Below are positions 37,791-52,200 of a stretch of 64,000 nt of DNA, in pieces; the stretch's first letter is position 1, and each line of letters starts with the position of its first letter. The translations under genes were made by a program, and so were the position numbers. Source of the stretch: Chrysomallon squamiferum. Lineage: Eukaryota; Animalia; Mollusca. Location: positions 13,330,001 to 13,394,000 of the forward strand of contig CM022673.1 in assembly GCA_012295275.1 (NCBI GenBank), written 5' to 3'. The notes below the pieces were generated by a model that had not been told where the DNA came from, did not search any database, and saw only the letters and a program-made list of their open reading frames with translations.

Positions 37791-40700
37791 GTAATGCTAG
37801 ATTGTTAATATTTGAAATAAACTGTGATTATTTCAATATTTTACTTAAAAATAGTAAATTTATTAACATGTAATTTTATTTTAGATAGAAATGAATATTA
37901 CAATTTTTTATTACTATTCTTTAGGTAAATGTTATGAAAATTATCTTTTAAAAATTAAGACAAGTATATTTCAGAAGTCATAAAAATTATCATGATTTAA
38001 ATACAACTGAAAATAATTGAACTGTAAATATGAAAATATTAACAAATTTGTATAATTTTTATAAAAACATTTAAAAAAAATATGTTAAAAGCAATATTGG
38101 TGAGAAAACAATTCACTCTCCAAAGTGTGATTAATACTAAAGCGGTGAATAAAAAAAAAAAGAATAACTTATGCTAAAGAAGCAAATCATACTGTGTTAC
38201 TTGTTAAATGCAGAGCTTAAATTAAAAAAGTCTGGACAAAATGCATACTGTTTCCATTTTCGTCGATTTTTTTTCTCATGTTGCCTAGTTTTGCCCATCG
38301 CACGGTTATAATTCGGTGAAGCATAAGGGCAGCCTCGTTGTTCTAGCAAAACAAGTTGGAACCAAAAAAATGTAACCAAAAGAACACAAGAGTCCACCCC
38401 GTAGAATAAAATAGAATAAAAATAGAATAAAATAATCAAATTAGTATAATGGTGAAGAAGAAAAAACAAAACAAAAATATTTTTTTTTGTTAATTTAATA
38501 TTTAAAAAAAAAGAAAAAAAAAAGAATATGGTTTTTAATTTTTTTTTTTAGAAATGAACAACAATAACAAAATATATGACAGTAAAACATCCAAAATATT
38601 AAATATAAATTTTATAATTCAACTTTAAAAAAATATTATAAAAATTAATATAGACAAAACAATAAATAATAAATGAAAACTAAATAAAATTATGTAAATT
38701 AAGAATTAAAAACAGAATATATAAGATATTTTTTATCATTCTTGATTTTAACTTGCTGTGATATTTTAATCCACTTTTTTCTTTATATATATATATATAT
38801 ATAAAATATATATATATATATATATAATAAAATTTTTAAAACTTTTTAAAAATGAAAGTACACTAATAAACTGGTGGCCCAAGGATACAAAGCAAGCAAT
38901 TAACATTTAAAAAATTGTTGATTCAAACAGAAAAATAACTTAGCACTATAAAATGAAACCTGATGTATTAGAAAATAATAAGCACATAACATTATTACTC
39001 TGAATATTTCCCATTCCCACCAGTAGCTCATATTTGTATAGAAAAAGGCAAGGGATATAGTTATGAGCATTAAATATGCCTTGCTTCTAACAATTAAATG
39101 GAATCCACAAAATGTCAGTACATAATCTTGCCCATTGCTATCTAAATCCCTGCTTAATGTCAATCTAACAGCCACATATTTTTATTAAAACTGGTGGAGC
39201 CAATACAGAAAACATAAGGGAAACTGGGGACAGATAAACAGTGGGGACCTTTGAGCCACCCCATAAACTTCTGACTGCAAAATGGTAGTGACATCTACCC
39301 ACCATCAATGCAGCTACTACACGTGTGACCTTCACCCATATTGTTTAGAGAGCACACTATGTCACGTATATTTACTGAATCTGGCCAGGAAGAAACAATC
39401 TCAGTTGAGGCAGATTTGATTTTGGGTATCCTTGCTAAACCTGTTGTACAAACTACAAAAAGTCAAAAGAGAACCATGCAATTCAGTGGCAATTTTGATG
39501 GGTTCAATCTTGAATAAGATTCTGCATTAGTTTAGCACTCTTGAAACTACACTTAGACCATGGAGACTGTGTAAACAACAGTTTTTCAGTCAACAGCTAT
39601 CAAGGTTTGGGTGTAATGGCCAAATATTTTAAAAATGGCTCATTGGTCCTCAGTTTCCCCCTACCGTATAAAAAGAAATCTGGTGTGTGTTATCTGAAAC
39701 CTTGAGACATACAAAGATATTATTCCAACACTTATGACTGTGTAACTAATGTTCTTTCACTCCATACCAGAGAAAAATCTTATTTGTTCTAGTTTTTCTT
39801 GTTTAGTACATTTAATTTTTTCAATCATAATCAATGAAACGTAACAAAAGTCAAAACCTACAAATGATATAGCCTTGAATTTAAATGATATAAATTGAAT
39901 TTCAGAAGCTTCCAATATAAACTGAAATTAAAATTACTTTACCTTAATAAATCAAGAGTATCTAGATATATTATTTAAGGACTGAAATCGTGTCTCATAT
40001 TTTCCTTGTTTAACAAAATACATCAAAGTAAAACTCTGGCCTATTCAGATAAAAATAAAGTTCAAGGCTGGGTATTATGAAAAACAAAACAATCAAAAGC
40101 AAACACATTTTTGACCTAATGTTTCATTTACTGAGTTCAACATATCATTGTTTAAAAGGATTTGTTCAAACTGAACCATCAACACAAACTGGGCCACCAT
40201 TTATGCAAACAAAAATAATACCAGAATAATTTTTTAACTGTATACGAAGACTAGATATCAAATATGCTATTATCTTCTTTATCTCTTTCACTCTTTTTTT
40301 CATTATAATTAGTTATCATCATCATCATTATTATCATTCTATTTTCTAAAATTAAGCAGACAAAAATAAATCAAAACACACTGGCAAAACAGCAGCAAAT
40401 AAAAAGTAAAATAAGAAAATTTAAAAAATGTTGAAAGCATTCTACAGATTTTGCTGAAGAATATTCAGGCAAGAAAAATACATTTAAGAAAAAAAGAAGA
40501 AGAAAAATAGATAAAAAATACAACAACATTTTGTGCTGAAGACAAGACTACTGACAGACAGAAACCAAATGACACACATGTTACACTAAAATGTGGATAC
40601 AGATGCATCATGCTTCTATGCAAATAATAAATACAACTACTGCCATAAAATAAAATAAAAATTACAAAAATAAATGAAGCCTACAGTTGATGATGAAATA

Positions 40701-40909
40701 TAAATATGATAAACTCACCATACTGGATTTGTACTTGTGTTGCACTATTTGTTTATTTTTGGGATCTGAAAGGAAAGAAACAAAAACAATCAAATTTAGT
40801 ACTTAAACAAATATGTCCTGAACATTTTCACTTTTAACATGAAGGACAGTGAATTATTCAGCCATTATAACATGTAACAAATGAAAACTATTATATTTTA
40901 TTTTGACAA

Positions 40910-40986
<77 letters not shown>

Positions 40987-42015
40987 ACATCCTGAGAAAT
41001 GCTAATAATAGATCAATATAAATATCATGTAATAATCATAAAATAAATTACAATCCTAAAATGACTGTTCATCTGCATTTATTAACACTTTTTCATTTTA
41101 TGATATTTGAAATGAAATAAAATCCCTAACAGGATTACATCAACAACACATCAATCTGAAATTACCTCAGCAGCAAGAACACTTTTATATCAATATTATA
41201 AAATAAAAAACTTAGTAAAAGAGATAAAATGTGAAAAAAAGAACATGTGATTAATTTCTCTCAGTACTTAAATATATACACACACACAAACACACACACA
41301 CCCACATATATATTTAAATCTAGAGATTGTAGGTTTAATATAGACACAGTAAATTACAGTAAATACTTGTACGTGACTGTTACAAAACATTGCTTTGTTA
41401 TATACACAGAAAATATGTTGCTAAATAATAAGTTTACAAAGAAATGGTGTCTTGTTAACATAATAATTATAAAAAGTTGAAAGGTACATACACATTTGAA
41501 ACACACTGGATCAGACTATTTTTACATAACCATTTTTGTGAGGTATAAAGAAGATTGATGTTTTTAATGCTTCAAAATTAAATGTGATTGCAGTGGAAAT
41601 ATTTAGGTAATTTTAAACTTTGCTTTTGTTTATTTTTATTTTTTTTTAGTCATCCTTAAATAGGAAAAAATAAATAAATAAAATAACACACACACACACA
41701 CACATTTAAAAAAAAAAAGCAATGGTACTGTGTCAATACACTAGAGCCAGAAAATAATAAATAGTAAGAAAGACATATAAATAGGGCTGTTATTTAATGA
41801 TATTTGTCATCAACATAGCTTTCTACTTTTAACATATTCAGAAGTTTTTAAAACCTTTTTTATTTTAAATTTTTTATATTTATTTTATTATTATTATATC
41901 TATTTTTTATTATTATTATGTATGATTTTTGCTTTTAATTTTTATTTTTTTTATTTATTTTTTTTAAATTATCCTTTAAAGAGCGATGACAACACACACA
42001 CACACACACATATAT

Positions 42016-42046
<31 letters not shown>

Positions 42047-45000
42047 TATTTTTTTATTATGCTTGAAACCAGCAAGTATGAATTCAGCTATCAATAATAC
42101 TTTGAAAGGTTATTATTCCTTTGCATGCGTTCTTCATACAGGCCTGAATGTGGAAGTCTGATTTATATAAAAGCATTAATCAGAATGAATGTCATTCAGT
42201 TTAACTGTTGGATCTTGAATCATAACACACCTTTAAGACATTTTACATTGAAATCTTTTGAAATGTAGCTTAATGCATGATTATCACAATTTCATAACTT
42301 TTTGATCATATTTATATTTATAATAAAACATACATCATTTTATCTATAAGTACAGAAACAATTTTTTATTCTACTGCCAAAATACTAAAATGGGTTTGTA
42401 TATCCTAACTACACCTCAGTTCTGTGTCACTATATACTGGATTCTGAAGATGTGAAAAAAAGATAATAAAAAAATAAAAAAAATAAGGATTTTTTGTTCT
42501 ACAAATAAGCAATGTTTAATGTCCAACAGCTGCTTTAAAAAGAATAGCAATTTAAAATACATTTCTTTATCCCTGAATGTTATGCACACACACTCAATTA
42601 TATTTGATAAATTATACTATTATTGTTAAATATATGCTCCAAAGATTATTCAGATAGTGAAGGTATTAAAGGCATTCAAAATAGTAAAGTTAAACAGATA
42701 CCATATTATGCTGACAGTGTATGGGCTGTAAATCAACAAAATTTAATACTTATGCATATATTTTATTAAATCAATACAGAGTTAGATTACTCTAGTCAGA
42801 TTAACAAAGTGGGTATTTTCAATATGAGATCAATGAGCAAGTTAATATGAAGCTTAGTAAATGAATTTATTTCATATATAAATACAAGTATTTAATTATA
42901 TGTATTGATAGGAAAAGAGAACAGACAGACAGACAGACAGACAGAGAGAGAGAGAGAGAATTAAATCTATTTTGTTAATCATTACTATTATTTTGTTTTG
43001 ATCTCATTGGTTTTTATTGTTCTTTCTTGTTGCTGACTCATAAAATAATTTTAAAATAAAAAGTTTTAAGTGAATGTTTGTTTAATTATAAATTTAAAAT
43101 GTACTTGTAGCAATACTAATAAATTTTGTATGTTTCCAAGTAATTCTTGATTTGTTTGGTTTTCAAATTCTATCAAAGGTGAATTTAATTGTTATAGTAT
43201 TGCTGTGCTTTATTATTACCAAAGGATGATCACTAGTAAAAATTAAAAAATAATACTTTTAAACATTTCATATATATTATTTAATTAATTAATTTTATTT
43301 ATTTATTTAAGTTTTATTTATTATATATTTTTTTATTATTATTATTATTTTTTTTAATTATACACTTTCATTACTTGGAAATACAGAAAATTTATTTATT
43401 ATTTAAACTGTTCACAGAACCAGTACATTCTAATGAGATGTAAATCAAAATGTTAATGATAAAAAAAATAACTTAGAATATTAAACATGTTATTTTCTCT
43501 AATATCACAGAGAAAAACATTTAAAAAATGTAAAAAAAAACAATAATAAAATTTTTAAAAAAAACTCACCACCATCACCACATCAGTTATGCTTGAATTT
43601 TTTAATTTTGTTTTTTGTAAAGTTAACATTGTTACCAAAACAATAACAATTAAACATTAATATAAAACATTAAGACATAAGTTTATTCTGCACCACAAAC
43701 ATGCTATATATAAACATGCATCAAAACGAAAAAAGAAAGCTTCAGATAGAAATAAAATAAAATAGAAAATAAAATAGAAAACGAAGAGAAAAGAAGGGAT
43801 AAAAAAAAAAAAAAAAGAAAAATTATTAAAAAAGTAAATAAATTTCTTATGTAACAATGTGGACGAAGTGCCTTACCATACTCCTCGAGTACAAATATGC
43901 CACCTTTCATTGTGAAGCATTTCCTTATACGAGTTAGCTCAATAAACAACTGAAAGATAAACGTGGATGAAGACAACTTAATACAAAATACAGTGAGCCA
44001 CACACATCTTAGTGAGGAGGCAGGTAAAACATAACCTGAACAGTTTCACAAAACAACAGTAACACACAGCCAAATCAAGTGCTTGTAGCATAAGCCATTT
44101 TGTTCATGCCTGGCTTACCTGATCCTCAAATGTGAAACAGTTCAAATGATGAAAACACTTTTTTTTTTTTCTTTTTTTTTTTTTTTTAAAGATTTTTAGA
44201 TCAAAGTTAAATTTGTGAAATTGTGTCTTGCAATAAGATATTAAAATGAAATATTTTTTTTTGTCAAAAAGCAAAAATTCCAAAAAATTGAAAGTGATGG
44301 AGAAGTGATTGAAAGTTTAAAAAAAGAAATTTAGTAATGTAATAAAGTGTAAAATCTATTTATCTGAAGTTTTAATGTTCTAGACTATAATTCCTAAATT
44401 TATAAACTAGAAAACAGCCTCAAAGAGAAGAAAATCTATTATTATAAAAAAACAAAAATATGTTATTTCATCTTTCTGTATCATTTTTCAAGGGATTAAA
44501 TATTTTGATGTAAAGAATTATATGTATGTCATTTTCGTTTAAATTGAGGTATTTTTGGGGGATATTTTGATTTGATTTTTGTTTTTTAGTTTATTAAACC
44601 TTTATGAATGTCCTCAAACAAAATCTTATATTCTACAATTAATTCTCTTCCTTCTATTTATTTTCATTTTAAACAATTCCTTATTTGCTTTGATTATATT
44701 CAAATTGAAAGTTTCCTATACAGAACAATTGCCAATAATTTATTCTGAAGTTCTTTGGTAAGTGACACATGACACACAGGCACAGAAAACCTTTGAATGA
44801 TATAAGAGAGTTATAAATATATTTGAGTGGGGAATCTGTTATATACTTGAATTTCTATTTAAACAAATAAAATTAAAAAAAATAAATAAAAAAATTAATA
44901 AATAAAATCAGGATTGGAAAATCTAAGTAAACTTATTATTTTAAAATTTATTACCCAAGATGAACTCTCTATTTTGAAATTTATTAATTTACAACTATTA

Positions 45001-45194
45001 TTTTAACCAGATATTGTTCAAGTGATTATTGTACAATGATAAAAGCTTTTCAAACAACTGATTTGAATGACTGATTTATTCTACTTCAGACAACAAAAGT
45101 GAAAATTATGTTTTTGTTTCAGTGTTTTTTTTCTTTGAACTAGACTAGCATTCGAGGGCCAGGTGCAACCAGTTGTTACTGGACAGACGAACGA

Positions 45195-45234
<40 letters not shown>

Positions 45235-46252
45235 CAACCACTCACTACTGTATGAACTACAATGAGCAGACTAAACAGCAGCTAGCTAAAGTTGGTGCAA
45301 ACAAAAACGAGAATGAAAAATAAACTAAAATGAAAAACTAAAAATGAACTGAAGAAAAAAGAACTTGAGAGATGGCCTCTACTGCAGCTCTGACAGTCAA
45401 TGACTAATAATACTCGAGATCTAGTTGCTTATAACATAACAGTTACCTCCAGGTCCTGTTTTTTTGTCACGGCAGAGAGCAAGAGGCAGGATGAAGGAAG
45501 AAAAACAAACATGTTAATCCCTGCACCAGTATAGTCTTCTCAACCGTTTATTACCAGTTTATTATTAAAGAAGGCAGCAATAAAAAATATATACATGTGA
45601 ATTACCTAACACTGGATAATAAGCTAGGATAAGTAAGCATGAATTCATGAACAGTGGAAGATATTAGATAATATATATACATTCTGCAAAATGCAATCAA
45701 GTGCAAAAATAAATAGTTTAAATGATCAAGAAGAAAAAAAAAAAAAATGCAATCATTTGAACTCAACTATCATCCAAAATGTTTCAAAATTTTAATTTTG
45801 TTTTGGTTCTATTTGTTATTACTACTGTTTTATTAAATGTCATGCATTTAATAAAGTGCAAAGTATAATTTTAAATTTTGAACGTTACATAGTCATGAAT
45901 TCATGTGTCCACAAACACACGTGTGTCTGCAGTTTTAGTCTGTGTGTGTCCGTCAGACCATCTCGAAAGTTCATCAGAAGCACAGAGGTTTATCCAACAG
46001 CAAGACGAAATATAAAAATACTGACAAAAGGGATTAGCAGAGAGAAACAGAATTTGTTTAATCCACTGTAATCCATGGCAACGCAGTAACTGGGGGTGGC
46101 AGGGTGCATCAGAAAAAAAAAGTTTAGTCATTTTGTCTGGCAATTACTACTTTATGAGTAGCATTGTTAGTTATTTTTGACTTAATTTTTTTATTTATTT
46201 ATTTTTTTTTTTTTTAAAGGTTTGTTTAAATAAGAAAAATAATTATGTTTCC

Positions 46253-46283
<31 letters not shown>

Positions 46284-49200
46284 GAAGAAATAAGTGATGT
46301 AATAAATATACAAATAAATAATAAAAAATTTTTAAAATTCTCATACGAAATTGGTAAGGACACAAATACAGTTTAAATAAATTTATTTATGAAAAAAAAA
46401 AAAATAATAATAATAATAATAATAAAATAAATAAATAAATAAATAAATAAATAAATTATTATAACACTGAAAACATAACCAGTGGATTTTGTCTGTCTGC
46501 AGATGACTGAGGTTTTTACATACTTGAAATCTAGTTTTTTTTGTATGTGCATTTATTCAACTAGAGTATTAATATTTAAATTAATAAAAATTTTAACTTA
46601 GTTCTACACATTTACAAAACAGTCTGCCAAATTATGTGCACAAGAAAGTAAAATGTATGCTTGCAGTGTAAAAAAATTCAACATTATGTAATATTTATCT
46701 ACATAAAACCTTTTAGGGTGAAACTCATAGCCAGTTTTTAAAGAACAAATTTTGAGTGAAAAAAACAGAAGATATTTATTTATTTTTAGATATACAATTT
46801 AATAATATTAATAATAATAAAATATAAATATATTTTAATCTGGTGCCTTTTCTTTCAAGAAAGGAAAATGTAAATTTACATAAAATAAATTATAAAATGT
46901 TTTTTGAGGACAATATTTCATCTTTCTAAATCTTATGAAGCATGGCCTTATTTTTAGAAACGGCAATTTAGATTGTAAAGTGCAACAGCATAAGCAAACT
47001 GAGTGTCCAAAACCATAACAAAATGAGCTAACATTTTCTTTTCTTTATTTGTTTTTAATATTATTTATTTATTTAAAAAGAAGAAAAAATTGTAATAACA
47101 GAAAAATAATTAATCAGACTGTGTTTGAAAATACTGAATGGATTAGCTAAGAAGGCAGGTAGCAAATAAATGAGAGCAAAACGGGTTTAAAACATGCACA
47201 CGACATCTGACAAGCAATGTATAATAAAACTGGCAAATTAATAATTGTAAGTCAAGGTCAAATGTGGGCAGCTGTAACACATACATAATGAATTAACAGG
47301 TAAGTAACATTATCAATATTTACTTAAGAAGAACAACAAAACGTAAACAAAACAACACCAAATGTTTCCTTTCCACTTTTAAATGAGTTTTATTATTATT
47401 ATTTTTACTATTATTGTTATTTTAAAATTCATAACCAAAGCACTTCAAATATTCTTGTTTGAATTTGAATTGAGATTTGTAACCTATACACTGCCAGAAT
47501 TTCTGTTTTAGTTCTTTCAACTATGTTTTCAAAATTTATCATTAAGTTTTAAAAACAATTATCCTGCTAGATCTGTATAAAAATATTAAATTCAAAAATC
47601 AGCCTCTGTATGTTTATTAAATTAAATTTCTATTAAAAATATCTCGGCATGTAACAAACTAAAATATTCGTCTTAAGACAAGCATCAGATACAGACAACT
47701 CAGTATAAGAATATGGTGACAAAAGCAGACCACATATAATCACATATTAATATTTCAGAGTGTATGTATAGTTACAAATGAACAAATCATATGCCCTGGA
47801 CCACAAGACAACCCATTTCAATATATAAACATAAAACTCAACATGTCACTTTGGGAAGGTCAAAAGGACAAAATCTATACCCCAACCTCCAAAAAAAAAA
47901 AAAATAATAATAATAATTATAATAATAATAAATAAATAAAAAAATAAAAAAATAATAATAAAAAAAAATAAAATAAAAAAATAAAAGGTACTAATATTTG
48001 ACAGAACTGGGGTGTGTAACTACATGTATCACTAATACTGTGACCATACTTCTGACATTTGTCTAACAAATTTAGAGTGTCATAATAATATAATTTCTAT
48101 TCATTAATTCTTTTGATTTCTTGTGTTACAAAATGTGTTTAAGCAGATCAGCAACAACAAAATAATAATAATGATTAAATCAAATTAAAAAATCTACAGA
48201 ATTGTCAGTTTCTGCATCAATAAAAAAAAAACCTAGTTAATACAGTCCTTAATAAAATTTAATTAAAAAAAAAAAAAAAAAAAAAAAACCAACCAAAAAA
48301 ACACCACTAATAAATATAATAAACAAATAAAATTTTCCGATTCAATATTCTGATGAAGTTTTTATTTACTTTGTAATTATCATTAATGTTTACTTTGTTT
48401 CAAAACAAGAAGCTTTTGCCAGTTATATTACACACTAAGCCATTCACACAGCCACATCACATGCAGGATCTGAGGAGACCACAGGAGAAATAATTTAAAT
48501 GCAGGAGCTTAAAAAAGTTAAAACAGTTTCAAAAACGTAACAAGGCGTAATATTGAGACAAAATTTTTCCAACACTGATGTTTTTCAAAAAAAAGAAATG
48601 TTACGCTTAACAGATTGTGAAGTACAACCATATATCTGGTTTTAAAGAGAAGTTTTAAGAAGAAAAAAACCAAACCTCTTCCTCCAAAAAACCCCAATTA
48701 ACATAAAAAGAATGGAAATTAAAAAATAAAACAAACCTAAAAACCCTAGTTATACAGTTCTATGTACTAGATAGTTCTGTATGAAAAATAAATTGTGAAA
48801 TTTAAAAAAAAAAACTATATTGTTGGTAGGGACTTAAATAAAATTAAAAAAAAAAATATAAAAAAATAAAAAAAAAAAAAATAAAAATAATCATGAAAAT
48901 AAAAATAAATAAATAAAATAAAATGAAATAAAAAGTATACAAGAAAGAGAAAGAAAAAATTAAGATAAAATCAGATCAATTAATTCAGAAATATATTTTT
49001 CCAATTTCATCTCTGCACATTTCTGTTACAAAATGACAGAGAATGCAAATTACTTCAGCACTGATTATCAAGGGAAGAAATGTTTTGTAAAAACAAAAAC
49101 ACTGAACGAAGAGGCTCCAGTATAAACTAACATATGAGATGGTCTGAGCAACCAGTTGTGTCGAAAGTCATAAGCTTAATACACAATACTGACAGAAGAA

Positions 49201-52200
49201 AATACGAGCAGATTATTAATATTATTATTATTTTTTTTTTGACACAGAATAAAGCTGTATAAGGCTTAACTGTAATTTCACACATAAAACAACATGCTAT
49301 ATTATGGTCTTAGTTTTAAATTTAAAAAAAAAAAAAAAAATGTGCCATAGAAATTAAAAATTCCATGCTGCTCATTCAAAATTGTAAGTAAGAAATTTAA
49401 TAAAATTTACAATTTATCTTTACATTATTACATTAAAAAAAAAAACATAAATAAAAAATGTATTAAAGAAAATAAACATTTTTACAGAAATTTAATACAT
49501 ATCTGATAAATTTTGCAATAGAAAATATTCCATTTTAAGAAAAATATAAATATATTTATATTAATTAAAATGACTATGATGTTTAATTAACTATGATAAA
49601 AATTTCACATTTGTTACATCTGATAGATAAAAGTTACACTTTTTGTGGCAGCTTACCTTGCTGTTGGCCAGCAGAAGACCGATCCCCTCCATGCACACCT
49701 GAAGCAACCCACCCTGACCTGTCTTTAGGTCCTGCACTGGAAACTCCCCACCTAATTCAGGACCTGTGGCCGGTAAAAACAGAAAAGTTTATTTGTTTCT
49801 GATTTAAAATCTCTAAACTGTATTAAACGTTTTAGAATATTAAAAACAGCCTGCTAAAAACAATATATTTAATGCACACATTGTACAATTACAAGAAATT
49901 ATGCTTGCAGTATTAAATGTTCAAATCAGCAGATTTGTCTTCAGGAAACTCTATATACATGTAAAATTTAAAAATTAAAAAATGGTGTAAGGGGAGATAA
50001 TCTATTAGAAAATGGCTATTAAATCAACAGTAAATAAACTATTTAAAAGCACAAAAAAACTTAGTCTTATCATACCTGGTAATTTACCAGCATTTCTAGA
50101 TGCTGCTTTCTCCATTGATTCTTTTACGCAGAAATATAGCTCTCGACACTGCAATTAAATCACATTTATTTTTATAATAACACTAAAAATAACAGTCATA
50201 CCATTAATAATAACCTTAAAAATGACTGAATTCTGAGCTTAAAGTAATTTTCATGAAGAGGAATTTTTTATTATTACCTACTGTGTATTGTTTATATGGA
50301 TTATCATGTAATCAGAAATCAATAGAGTTTTTGATTCATCAAGCATCTGGTACTGGCTAGACAGAAAACTGCCCGACAGATATCAATGTAGGACTTGATT
50401 TATCTATATCCACTGAACTACATAACCTGTTCCACTTCAACGTAAACATATAATAATAATTCAAAACCCAAAATGGACTACAGTCTGCACCAGATTAATA
50501 TATAATACTAATTTAAAGCACAGTTATATTATAATTACCTTTTTAGTGTAGAACTGATTGAGCTGGACTTTGTCACCCTGTTTTCTCCACAGGCAGAGAA
50601 CCTTTGTTTTGGGACAGTATGTCATGTTGACAAGTTTTTCAAACCACCACCGATCGTGTATAGTACCTGTAACACTCCTCAACAACAAACAGTCGTCACA
50701 AACCTGAAACAGTTACAGTTTAAATCAAACCTGTACAGCTATCCTCTCAGTCACAAAAACAGTGATAAAACTCTCACATTACTTAGCTGATAATATAAAG
50801 GAAGTATCAATATTCAACATCTGCCATCACTTATTTCAGTACAGTTTATTAAAGTGTATGTAAGCTCTGTCATCAGTCTTTCTATCTCTCTCATCTTTCT
50901 TTGAGATTATTTACCTTTCTTTCCCTCCCATACTCCATCTAATTTAATATAAAGTACTAATGTTCAAAGAAAACATTTAATAAATTAATATAAAAATACA
51001 CATAGATAATCATTTAATTTTATCATGTATGTGAGATCACAATAAAACCAGTGCTAAAATTAGATTTATTACTCACCTCCATGAACAACATATCACCGGA
51101 GTTATCTGTGCCCCAGTGAACAGTGAATGACTGTTTCTGCATCTGACGACTGGACAAAGGTCGGAGGTCAATGTCATTTCCATACTGTGTAATAAAAGAA
51201 ACACAACATTTTTTTATTACTCCATGTCAATTATTTTAGATTTTAGCCTTTTTTTTTTTTGGACAAAATCAGTTTAGAGATTATTTTTAAGATTGCTTCC
51301 CCTGACTGTTTCACAAGTGTAGGTAAGAGTTACTTTTCTTGCATATCTTTAGTGAATAAATATTATACATTTTAAATTTAAAAGCAGTTATTAAACAAAC
51401 GCAGTCAAATATGTGTCTGTGTCTATGTGTATGTTGCTACGTAATTATATACTTTGTTAGGTTTATCTCAAACATCTTTCTTATCTCACATACTTTGTTC
51501 TGTCATTTCTGCACGTATGCCTTAATCAGAAATATTTTTTTTTGCCTTTAAACAGAGATAATAAAAATTATGATTAAAAAATCACTTACCAGATTATTAA
51601 TCTGATCAAGAAGGTTGTTGACATCCTGACTGTAGAGGAGTCCAATGTGAGACTTTCCCAGCAGTCGACGAACTTTACGTCTTGTGTCTGTCTTGTTGAC
51701 ATTCATCATCACCATGAACCCAACAAGGTTATACAGCATGTATGACAACAGTCGATCTTCATCATGCTCTAGTCGCTTTCTCTCCTGATCACCCAGCGAG
51801 CGGTATCTAGTCAGTTTTAAAAATTGTACAACATTTCGTAAATATTAATGCTTTCTCTTGCATTATAATTATGCTACTATTTCAAGTGTTCCATTCTTTA
51901 CAGAACACAATTATTTTGTAATGACAGGAAATCCCTTTAATCAAAATTACCTTGTTTATCTATAAAGTACATGAAAAAATTCAATTGTTTAAAATATCAA
52001 CCTTTACCAAACTGATTTGATTTATGAATTTTTCCTTATAAAAGCAAAAAAATAAAAATACTGTGAATAAAAGAACAAAAACAATACAGTGGTATCTTGA
52101 GTCACGAAACAAATTAATTGGCAAAATACTGCACAACACAACAGAAATGCTTTCACAGGGAGGTAACCACATGAAGTAAATGAGTGAGATGTGGGATGCT

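Noticed and set aside
44110-44135. Minus-strand gatcag|gtaagc as a 6-nt microexon or recursive splice site
   Set aside because: Good donor, but the acceptor context (gag, poor pyrimidine tract) is weak.
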